From NCBI RefSeq assembly GCF_050481745.1, contig NZ_JBCNGR010000013.1, positions 81,214-121,213 on the forward strand: DNA of 40,000 bases, read 5' to 3'. Under the pieces are notes generated by a model. It was not told where the DNA came from. It did no database searches and worked only from the letters and a program-made list of their open reading frames with translations. Positions 16,461 through 23,759 of the stretch are shown here, piece by piece. The translations under genes were made by a program, and so were the position numbers. Position 1 is the stretch's first letter. Each line of letters opens with the position of its first letter. The DNA is from Paenibacillus algorifonticola. Its GTDB lineage: Bacteria; Bacillota; Bacilli; Paenibacillales; Paenibacillaceae.

Positions 16461-18497
16461 CTATTTATCCCATCGTTTTTTTAATTCCTGGATCTGAGTG
16501 TAGTAGACATGGGTATTGTGAAACCCTCTCCGTCTGTTTCTATTATTACCCCTAAATACAATCACATCAATTCCAATTTCCCTGCATATATTACAACCAC
16601 ATTGTTCCCATGGACGTTCAGACAAAACCTCTCTATAAAGATCCTCATGAACTTCGCGCTTTTCCCCAAGTATTTTATCATACTCCAGTATAGCTTCAAG
16701 TGTGGGTTCTAGTTCTCTTGTTCCCGCACTGAAATTCCTAAGAGCACTTAATGCCTCCTGTTCAAGCCTTCTATACTCCGCAAACTCAATTTCATCACTA
16801 TTCTGCAACATTTTTTTCACTCTTCCAGATGTTTCTTTCGCTTCTGGGATTCTAATCGCTGTGTAATGTTTACCACTCAAGGAGTGATAATTATGCCCTG
16901 TTCCTAACCACGCTCTTCTCAACGGAGAAGAAGAGTCAAATGATGTTACACCTAATTTATGAAAAGACTCCATTGTTCTCACATCTCGCGCAACACCGAA
17001 CAAGTGCATCCGAAACGTAGGGCTTGGAATAATAGGAGATATTTCTTTTAGAATCTCATATATTTTCTCAGATTGTTCTCTAGCTAAACCACCTAGGGCA
17101 ATATAGTCATAACCTAATTCAATAAGATGCTCTACTGCTCTTCGGAAAGAAGGCGGGTCCCATCCTTGGACTATACCTATAGGATGGAACTGATAATTCC
17201 TGGTTTCTCTGTCCTCCCTATACATGCGTATAAATTCTTCCGCCATAGTAAGGGTTAGTTCATAACGCTGATTTCTAATATTTTCGTCTCTCTGGAAGGG
17301 ACCCACTATTAGATGGTCAATTGATACCCCATAATCAAAACCCAAGTTGTGGTAGTAATCCATAATCTCTTGGGTCGTATACGGCGGTACTTCTTTATCA
17401 ATATAACTAAAGGCACCACAATCCCCCATAATCGGGTATTCCCTAGGTAGTCGATAAAAATCATGTAACCCCATATCTTTTATCATCTGATTTTTTTGCT
17501 TAGTAGCATTATCAATATTAACTTTAGAAACAAGCAGTCCATCAAACTGAGGTCTTTCAAAAATCTGATGAGCGTACACATCATTTTCTAATGGATTTCT
17601 GTTTTTTTCTGAAAAATCAGCCATAAAATCATAGTGTGGATCGACTCTATCATCATTCTCTGGAAGATAAAATCTGGGTTCCTCAATGCAATTTATAGCT
17701 ACTAACTCATCTGGTACAGGAAACATTTCATTATAGAACTGTAATAAATCTTCTTTTTCAGATGCGTCACTAAATAACTCAGGTTGTTTTGTTGAAGCAA
17801 TTGAATCCAAAATAAACTCTCTAATCTGATCAGGATGATATTTTATTGTTCTCCACTTCTGTTCAATGTTATCTGTAATAATATTCCTCAGTAAGTGTGC
17901 AAAAAGATAACCTTTGATTCCTATCAAACCATATTTAAATGTTTTAGCTTCTTTTTCTCCAATAGTTAATACATGATAATCGTCCCAGTTTAGAATTCGA
18001 GAACGACTAGATGCTCCTGCGAAAAAGATCGCTTTTTGATTACTTTGCAACTTTAATGGCCACTCCACCGCTTGCAAATATTTGTCTCCAAGTAAGAAGA
18101 ATACAAGATCATAATCAGCAATTTTTTTTTGTAGATTTTGTGTGACTTCAAGTTGACGCGCCCACTTTTTTATAGTCTGCGAGTCCATTGTATTAAAAGT
18201 CACTTCATACGGTACAATTTGCGCATCTTCATTCAAAAGACCATAACCCGCTGAAATAATGCAAAGATCAATTTTCCCACCTTGTTTCCGGTATTCTTTA
18301 ATACCACTCATTAGCGCAAGGTGTTGACTCCCTGTATACATTTCATCAGCACGTTCTCTGAATTCCAACAATTCTGCTTCTCTTTGTTTTAATATTTTTT
18401 TATTCTTGAAATCATCAAATACAAGTTGATTTATTGGTTTATGTAACTTCTCTCCAGTACAAGAAGTGACAACAAGAATACGTTTTGACACAAACAT
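16461..18497 (-). CDS. DpdA-like TGT-superfamily transglycosylase fused to an N-terminal ~280-aa domain
   Basis: The C-terminal ~400 aa read RFYLPENDDRVDPHYDF..., MGDCGAFSY, GIVQGWD, GVTSFDSSSPLRRA, with zinc motif CGCNIC...GFHNTH. The N-terminal part reads ILVVTSCTGEK...CIISAGYGLLNEDAQIVPYEVTF. That pattern reminds me of YaaA/DUF328-type proteins ([21 protein letters not shown]), but this is weak recall. The start is probably ATG 18497 or GTG 18491, not the ORF-track GTG 18515. Confidence 0.8.
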   Translation of the reverse strand: MFVSKRILVVTSCTGEKLHKPINQLVFDDFKNKKILKQREAELLEFRERADEMYTGSQHLALMSGIKEYRKQGGKIDLCIISAGYGLLNEDAQIVPYEVTFNTMDSQTIKKWARQLEVTQNLQKKIADYDLVFFLLGDKYLQAVEWPLKLQSNQKAIFFAGASSRSRILNWDDYHVLTIGEKEAKTFKYGLIGIKGYLFAHLLRNIITDNIEQKWRTIKYHPDQIREFILDSIASTKQPELFSDASEKEDLLQFYNEMFPVPDELVAINCIEEPRFYLPENDDRVDPHYDFMADFSEKNRNPLENDVYAHQIFERPQFDGLLVSKVNIDNATKQKNQMIKDMGLHDFYRLPREYPIMGDCGAFSYIDKEVPPYTTQEIMDYYHNLGFDYGVSIDHLIVGPFQRDENIRNQRYELTLTMAEEFIRMYREDRETRNYQFHPIGIVQGWDPPSFRRAVEHLIELGYDYIALGGLAREQSEKIYEILKEISPIIPSPTFRMHLFGVARDVRTMESFHKLGVTSFDSSSPLRRAWLGTGHNYHSLSGKHYTAIRIPEAKETSGRVKKMLQNSDEIEFAEYRRLEQEALSALRNFSAGTRELEPTLEAILEYDKILGEKREVHEDLYREVLSERPWEQCGCNICREIGIDVIVFRGNNRNRRRGFHNTHVYYTQIQELKKRWDK

Positions 18498-18512
18498 CCC
18501 ATCCCTTATTAA

Positions 18513-18545
18513 CACAATATAAAATAGGGCGTTCCCGCCCTATTT
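18513..18545 (-). terminator. Terminator/attenuator-like hairpin between the transporter gene and the DpdA-like gene
   Basis: On the minus strand: AAATAGGGCG-GGAA-CGCCCTATTT, a 10-bp stem with a GNRA-type loop. It lies directly after the TAG stop at 18546 and is followed by TATATTGTG, so the U-tract is only moderate. Confidence 0.5.
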
Positions 18546-19019
18546 CTAAACAGCTTTTGCATGTTTGAAAAAAACTTTTTTAACAATGATTGCAGCAAAT
18601 ATTTGAACCAATGTCTTAACAATGATTTGGCCAACAATCGCCAGAAATACAGCATTCCATGGAAGAATATTCGCTCCCAATGGGGATAGACCCACAACAA
18701 CAAAGATAATACTGTCTAGTATTCCTCCAACAATCCCACTGTATGCTACCCTCATATGAAAAGGTAATTTAAGGCGCGAATAGATTTCGGTATCAGTGGT
18801 CTCAGATACTGCAAACGTAATAATTGAGGCAAACACAATCCAAAGTGTGTCCCCTAGTAAATATGATGTTAATGCTGATAAAACCATGGCTAATAGAATA
18901 AGTAAATAGGTATTCCGCCGACCAACAAAATTTTGCACAAAATCACGGAATATAAATGTTGCCCCTATTATAAAAGTCCCTGCCGGGATAATAAAGGGTC
19001 CAATAAAAAACGGCGCCAC
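18546..19019 (-). CDS. VUT/YhhQ-family (queuosine-precursor) transporter; the 5' end lacks a canonical start and is possibly degraded
   Basis: Multi-TM protein with FRDF..., ...DSIIF... segments typical of DUF165/VUT. The frame stays open and hydrophobic for 20 more codons upstream (YLTIVAYLLAIVSSNVVTAG, cf. the E. coli YhhQ ITSSN segment as I recall it). That stretch has no ATG, GTG or TTG. See the finding for this region. Confidence 0.6.
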   Translation of the reverse strand: MAPFFIGPFIIPAGTFIIGATFIFRDFVQNFVGRRNTYLLILLAMVLSALTSYLLGDTLWIVFASIITFAVSETTDTEIYSRLKLPFHMRVAYSGIVGGILDSIIFVVVGLSPLGANILPWNAVFLAIVGQIIVKTLVQIFAAIIVKKVFFKHAKAV

Positions 19020-19117
19020 TCCTGCTGTTACAACATTTGATGAAACGATAGCCAGTAAATAAGCTACGATGGTTAAATATTTAATTTTACATCACCTCTT
19101 CAATTTGATCCATCACC

Positions 19118-19126
19118 AATTATAAC
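19118..19126 (-). promoter_or_regulatory. Candidate promoter (perfect extended -10 TGTTATAAT) for the minus-strand transporter/DpdA-like genes
   Basis: The minus strand reads TGTTATAAT. The -35 region is occupied by an imperfect palindrome at 19132..19157 (TTTGG-TTC-CGAG-CTACC-CTCG-CCAAA on the plus strand) that could act as an operator. Confidence 0.4.
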
Positions 19127-19289
19127 ACCACTTTTGGTTCCGAGCTACCCTCGCCAAACTAAATCATACTACAAATTTCGACTCAGTTTGCTAAGAAATA
19201 TTTATTAAGGGAGGTACTTTTTACTTTAAGTCGAATAATTAAATGAGAGATTAAACTTTTATAGATTAGTTGAAGATGGAGGTTATTTT

Positions 19290-19697
19290 TTGAATAATTA
19301 TGGAAAATCTGCTATTCGAGCAGTAGAACTCATTCAATCCGGTGAAGTTCCTTATACGGAAGATGCCTGGAAAAAAGCGACCACAGAATTTTTCACAATT
19401 AAAACCAAGGCATGTCCCAGAAGTGCTTTTTTGGGGATTTGCGAAGCAGGCTTAATAAAAGGTGTTCATCAGATACATATCAAACAGCCTCTCAAAAATA
19501 CAATTAACAAAGATCATGCGATTGAAGCTGTTCAACTGCTCACAGAAAATGAAGATTACGCTTCATACAAATCGCTTCAGTTGTGGAGGATTATTATGCT
19601 AGGAAATCAAAAGTCACATAATTTCCAAATGGACGTTGTACTGGCACTATGGAACAATGGCATGATTTCCCCCGCTAAAACTTATATTATGGCTTAA
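19290..19697 (+). CDS. Hypothetical 135-aa protein, the last gene of the island
   Basis: TTG start with SD GGAGG 8 nt upstream. The segment ...KACPRSAFLGICEAGLIKG... resembles a small conserved family of unknown function. A bidirectional terminator follows. Confidence 0.55.
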   Translation: MNNYGKSAIRAVELIQSGEVPYTEDAWKKATTEFFTIKTKACPRSAFLGICEAGLIKGVHQIHIKQPLKNTINKDHAIEAVQLLTENEDYASYKSLQLWRIIMLGNQKSHNFQMDVVLALWNNGMISPAKTYIMA

Positions 19698-19712
19698 TCT
19701 TCATAAAAAAAT

Positions 19713-19750
19713 AAAAGCACAATTCATTTAGATTTGTGCTTTTATTTTCA
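19713..19750. terminator. Bidirectional rho-independent terminator, serving the 135-aa gene on plus and rlmCD on minus
   Basis: AAAAGCACAA (19713..19722) pairs with TTGTGCTTTT (19734..19743). T-runs follow the hairpin on both strands (plus: TATTTT; minus: ATTTTTTTATG). Confidence 0.7.
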
Positions 19751-19897
19751 CTTAACATTTAAAATGCAGTTCATAACATTCTATTAAATCAAATAGCAAA
19801 CACAAGATCTTATAACATTCGTGTTTTATCTTCTAAACAAATCACTATTAAAAATCTGTCTTTTTCGACATTATTCTTATCCACTGTAATACGAGTC

Positions 19898-21448
19898 TTA
19901 TCCTATTTCCACGACCTCTTGCACCAACAAAGCCACCGACTCCACATGCGTAGTCCACGGAAACATATCCACCGGCTGCACTTCCACCGTCCGATACCCG
20001 CCATCCTCCAACACCCGCAAATCCCGCGCCAATGTCGACGGATTACAGCTCACATACACGACTCTCTCTGGCTGCATCGCCATAATCGTCTCCAGCAGCT
20101 CAGGATCGCAGCCTTTGCGCGGCGGATCGACGACGATGACGTCGGGCACAATGCCGCCCTCCTCGCGCCAGCGCGGAATGACAACCTCGGCAGGGCCTGC
20201 CTCGAACGTCGCATTCCCAATACCATTCAGCTTCGCATTACGCTTCGCATCCTCAATCGCCTCCGGCACGATCTCGACGCCGTAAACGCGCCCAGCCTGC
20301 CGTGCTAGAAACAGCGATATCGTTCCGATCCCGCAATAAGCGTCAATGACCGACTCCGTCCCAGTCAGTGCCGCATACTCCACCGCTTTGCGGTACAAGG
20401 CCACCGTTTGCAGCGGGTTTACTTGATAAAACGATCTCGCCGATATCGCGAAGCGAATGCCGTCGAGCTCATCATAAATAACGTCGCTGCCCCAAAGCAC
20501 CTTCGTCTCATCGCCAAAAATCACATTCGTGTTCCGTTCATTCACATTTTGAACGATGCTCGTCACACCTGGCAGCTCCTCGCGGATGCGCTCCACCCAG
20601 CGCTCAGCCTGCGGCAGCTTGCGACCGTTCGTCACAAGCACAACCATCATTTCGCCCGTTACAAAGCCCGTACGCGCCATCACATGGCGAAGCACACCGC
20701 GTCCGCTCTCTTCATCGTAGCCAGTTACGCTGAGCTCACGGCCAATCGCCTTCACTGCACGCACGATCTCATCATTGTGGTCATGTTGAATCAGGCAATC
20801 ATCCATATCGATGATTCTGTGGCTACCACGCGCATAAAATCCAGCAATTAGCTTACTCTCCGCACCATCACCGACATTAGCATGACCACCCGTCATCATA
20901 CCAATCGGCACCTGCGCCTTATTCCGATAGCGCCAAGGCTCGTCCATCCCAATAGTCGGATGCACAATAACAGCAGCTTCCGCCGCTTTATTTTCTACAA
21001 TACCGCCTACCTGAACCTGTGACTTCTCCGCTTCCCCAGCTACACTCAGCTTCCCGATCCGCACCAGATTGTCCACCACATGCTGACGTTTCCAGCTCAG
21101 CTGGGCGTCGTACTCCATATGCTGGAGCTGACAGCCGCCGCATTGCTTATAAATATCGCATGGCGGCTCAACGCGGTCGTCGCTCGCAACAAGCAACTCC
21201 TGCAAGCGCGCATAGCCATACTGCTTCTTCGTCTTCATGACCTTCGCTCGCACGCGCTCACCAGGGAGCGCTCCCTGCACAAAAAGGGTATAGCCCTCAG
21301 CGCGGCCTACCCCTTCCCCGTCATGCGTCAGTCCGATAATATCGAGGACAACCTCTTCATTTTTGCTTACCGGCACATTTTCCGGCGGCTTCGATTGGGA
21401 ATTGCTGCGCCCACGACCACTGCCGCCTCTGTTATTCCTTCTGTTCAT
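19898..21448 (-). CDS. rlmCD: 23S rRNA (uracil-C5)-methyltransferase, RumA/RlmCD family
   Basis: Arg/Gly-rich N-terminal tail, then a TRAM-like domain. Fe-S Cys cluster CDIYKQCGGCQLQH, SAM motif DAYCGIGTISL, VDPPRKG, YVSCNPSTLARD. Confidence 0.9.
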   Translation of the reverse strand: MNRRNNRGGSGRGRSNSQSKPPENVPVSKNEEVVLDIIGLTHDGEGVGRAEGYTLFVQGALPGERVRAKVMKTKKQYGYARLQELLVASDDRVEPPCDIYKQCGGCQLQHMEYDAQLSWKRQHVVDNLVRIGKLSVAGEAEKSQVQVGGIVENKAAEAAVIVHPTIGMDEPWRYRNKAQVPIGMMTGGHANVGDGAESKLIAGFYARGSHRIIDMDDCLIQHDHNDEIVRAVKAIGRELSVTGYDEESGRGVLRHVMARTGFVTGEMMVVLVTNGRKLPQAERWVERIREELPGVTSIVQNVNERNTNVIFGDETKVLWGSDVIYDELDGIRFAISARSFYQVNPLQTVALYRKAVEYAALTGTESVIDAYCGIGTISLFLARQAGRVYGVEIVPEAIEDAKRNAKLNGIGNATFEAGPAEVVIPRWREEGGIVPDVIVVDPPRKGCDPELLETIMAMQPERVVYVSCNPSTLARDLRVLEDGGYRTVEVQPVDMFPWTTHVESVALLVQEVVEIG

Positions 21449-21695
21449 TACTCTACCCGCTCCGCTCTATATCGCCATTAACGCAAGGAGGCCGCTAGGC
21501 GGCCAACTTTTTGCTCTTATGCTTTTTCACAAAATGACCCGCCTACATGCTCGAATCATCCGCACTTCTTATTGTTCCCTACCTATTCCACCGCAACCAG
21601 CACATCGCCTGCATCACCAACAGCACCCGTCCTGCCCTGCGGAAAACAATCCTTCATTGCTCACTTTTCATTCCTAATCTTCACTCGCAGCCATA

Positions 21696-21749
21696 GCTGC
21701 GGCTCCTGGCTCTTAGCTCTTAGCTCTAGCTCCTAGCTCTCAGCCTTAA
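21696..21749. repeat. Imperfect tandem heptamer array (GCTCYTA-like, ~8 units)
   Basis: GCTGCGG GCTCCTG GCTCTTA GCTCTTA GCTCTA GCTCCTA GCTCTCA GCCTTAA, located about 30 nt downstream of the dagK stop. Confidence 0.6.
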
Positions 21750-21776
21750 CTCTTCCGCTCACATAAATCCATTATA

Positions 21777-22694
21777 CTACCGATAGGTCGACTCGCCCAT
21801 CTCATCGGCAAAAATTCGCAAATGCGAGGGCAGCACCGAGAACGTAAACGGCAGCTTGCCACCGTACTCGCCATCGAGATTGATCTGCACGTAGTCTGGC
21901 GTCGTGACCTTCATCTCATTCGTGCGGAAATGGATAATATGCGGATCATTCATATGCTCCCCGCGCAGCGCGAGCGACACGAGGCGGATAAACTCCGGCA
22001 AATTGCATTTTCGCAGCAAAATGACGTCAAACAATCCATCGTCGAGCTTCGAGTCCGGAGCCAGCTTCTCAAACCCGCCAACCGAATTGCTGTTGCAGAT
22101 GAGAAAAAGCATAAATTCCTCGTGAAAATCGCCAACGCCTGCGGCCTGGATTTTCAACTCCGTCGGACTGAGGCGCGTCATCTTCTCCATGCCCTTCATA
22201 TAATACGCCAGCTGCCCAATCATCGTCTTGAGCTTGCTCGGCACATCATACGTCAGCTCCGTCATCGAGCCGCCACCGGCAATGTTGATAAAATAACGCT
22301 CATTCGCCTTGCCGACATCAATCGGGCGCGTATACTGCTGAATGATCAGATCGACCGCATATTCCCAATGCTTCGGAATGCCTAGCGCCCTAGCGAAATC
22401 ATTCGTCGTCCCGAGCGGCAAAATGCCAAGCGGCGGCAAATTTGGCTTTTCCGCCAGCCCATTAATAACCTCATACAGCGTCCCGTCGCCGCCCGCCGCA
22501 ATAATCAGATCATAGCCGCGCTCCGCGGCCTCGGCAGCCGCAAGCGTCGCATCGCCTTCGCCTATCGTCGCGTGGCAGCTCGTCTCAATGCCGCCACGCT
22601 CCAGCCGCTGCAAAATATCTGGAAGCCTGCGCTTCATTTCTTCCCGGCCGGAAGAAGGATTATAGATCAATCTTGCTCTTTTATATGCTGACAT
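21777..22694 (-). CDS. dagK: Diacylglycerol kinase (DagK/YerQ family)
   Basis: RARLIYNPSSGRE ... IIAAGGDGTLYEVINGL ... GTTNDFARALG. Start set at ATG 22694 (SD GGAGG 8 nt upstream) rather than the ORF-track 22709. Confidence 0.9.
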   Translation of the reverse strand: MSAYKRARLIYNPSSGREEMKRRLPDILQRLERGGIETSCHATIGEGDATLAAAEAAERGYDLIIAAGGDGTLYEVINGLAEKPNLPPLGILPLGTTNDFARALGIPKHWEYAVDLIIQQYTRPIDVGKANERYFINIAGGGSMTELTYDVPSKLKTMIGQLAYYMKGMEKMTRLSPTELKIQAAGVGDFHEEFMLFLICNSNSVGGFEKLAPDSKLDDGLFDVILLRKCNLPEFIRLVSLALRGEHMNDPHIIHFRTNEMKVTTPDYVQINLDGEYGGKLPFTFSVLPSHLRIFADEMGESTYR

Positions 22695-22954
22695 CAGCGT
22701 GACCTCCAAGCCATTTGCAATTTCTCATGTGTCGGCAGGCCTACCTATCGCCTTCGCGCATGCTTCATTCGTGTCTTGCTTTCTACCTTCAACTATCCAC
22801 GTTACACTATTATACGATTACCCGCCTACCCGCGTGTTCGTTTCATTCATTTACATTTGATATTTCGTAAAACCTCATCACTCTGTCGTTCCATGCAAAT
22901 CCCTTCGACTCCGCTGACCGTACTCAAATTCACCGAACTTAAGAGCTCACTTCA

Positions 22955-23755
22955 TTATCCAGCGCTTCGTTCAAGCCCCGCCAGCCATTCTACCATATTC
23001 CGCACCAGCCAGCGCTCAATCGCCGGGTCAGGCAGCATCGGCCTGCCGTTATAGCGATAAGCGAGTCCTGACAAGCGCTCCGGAATGACCTCATTCGTGA
23101 AATAGCCATTGCTCAAAAATAGCGGCACGACGATAACCGCTTCCTCCGGCCGTTCCACCTGCATGCCTCTCAAGTGCTCCGCTGCCTGATCAGGCAGCAG
23201 CATAGCCGTTTCCGCGCGCGCGAAACCGCCCAGCTCCCGTATACGTCCAGCTAGCGCATCCAGCCCTTGCTTCCAGCGCTCATGGAACACGGGCTCCTTG
23301 CTGCCGTGGCCAATTAATAGCAGCGCTTCGCGGCTCGGGTCTGAGCTAAGCGGCTTCAAATTTTCCAGCAGCAGCTCGGCAATTTCTGGATCATCATTAA
23401 TCGGCAAGCCCATATGAACGTTCGCGTTCACCCGAAAAATGCCCAGATCGCCCTCAAAATCCGAGATCGGCGCAAAGCCAAAAGCCTGTCCAATCTCATC
23501 GATATGCGTACTGCCTGATGAAATAAACAACGGCAGCACATACAGCTCCGTTACGCCCTGCGCCTCCAGCTCATCAATGCCGTCCTGAATGAGCCGTCCT
23601 TCTATAATTTCAAGAAAAGACGAATACACGGGCACCTCGGCCCGCTGCATCGTCTCTGTTGCCCGCTTTACTGCTTCATCTACAAGCTGCACCCACTGCG
23701 CATCGCGCGAGCCGTGGCTTATAACGAGAATGCCGGGTTTTTTCATGGCTTTCAC
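22955..23755 (-). CDS. CbiX/SirB-type sirohydrochlorin chelatase (two tandem CbiX halves)
   Basis: LVISHGSRD... in the first half and LLLIGHGSKE... in the second. Size and layout are typical of double-domain CbiX. Confidence 0.75.
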   Translation of the reverse strand: MKAMKKPGILVISHGSRDAQWVQLVDEAVKRATETMQRAEVPVYSSFLEIIEGRLIQDGIDELEAQGVTELYVLPLFISSGSTHIDEIGQAFGFAPISDFEGDLGIFRVNANVHMGLPINDDPEIAELLLENLKPLSSDPSREALLLIGHGSKEPVFHERWKQGLDALAGRIRELGGFARAETAMLLPDQAAEHLRGMQVERPEEAVIVVPLFLSNGYFTNEVIPERLSGLAYRYNGRPMLPDPAIERWLVRNMVEWLAGLERSAG

Positions 23756-23759
23756 GCAC

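Larger units (their letters stand above)
1..19890. other. AT-rich accessory (defence-type) genomic island; left end lies outside the window; no integrase or transposase seen here
   Basis: Composition changes abruptly by eye at ~19890-19900, AT-rich to the left and GC-rich to the right. Gene content is helicases, giant P-loop ATPases, TGT-like enzymes and queCDE. The island abuts the 3' end of core rlmCD. Confidence 0.75.

Noticed and set aside
19131-19165. PreQ1-I riboswitch-like string on the plus strand (GGTTCCGAGCTACCCTCGCCAAACTAAA, compared with B. subtilis GGUUCUAGCUACACCCUCUAUAAAAAACUAA), lying next to a queuosine-precursor transporter gene.
   Set aside because: It is on the opposite strand from the transporter. 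The plus-strand gene it would precede is 125 nt away and unrelated to queuosine. The pairing does not give a P1 stem, an 11-12-nt loop and an A-rich tail. Instead it folds into a plain hairpin (TTTGG/CCAAA outer stem, CGAG/CTCG inner stem). An Infernal scan with RF00522 would settle this.
21490-21513. GC hairpin GGCCGC-TAG-GCGGCC followed by AACTTTTTG, a possible terminator between dagK and rlmCD.
   Set aside because: The T-run is on the plus strand, where no gene is transcribed. On the minus strand, the dagK direction, the hairpin is followed by TCCTTGCG. The orientation does not fit a dagK terminator, so it is not reported as a feature.
21696-21749. The possibility that the short tandem repeats are a CRISPR array or minisatellite-encoded peptide.
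   Set aside because: The units are only 6-7 nt with no spacers, there are no cas genes, and no ORF is supported. It is kept only as a simple repeat.
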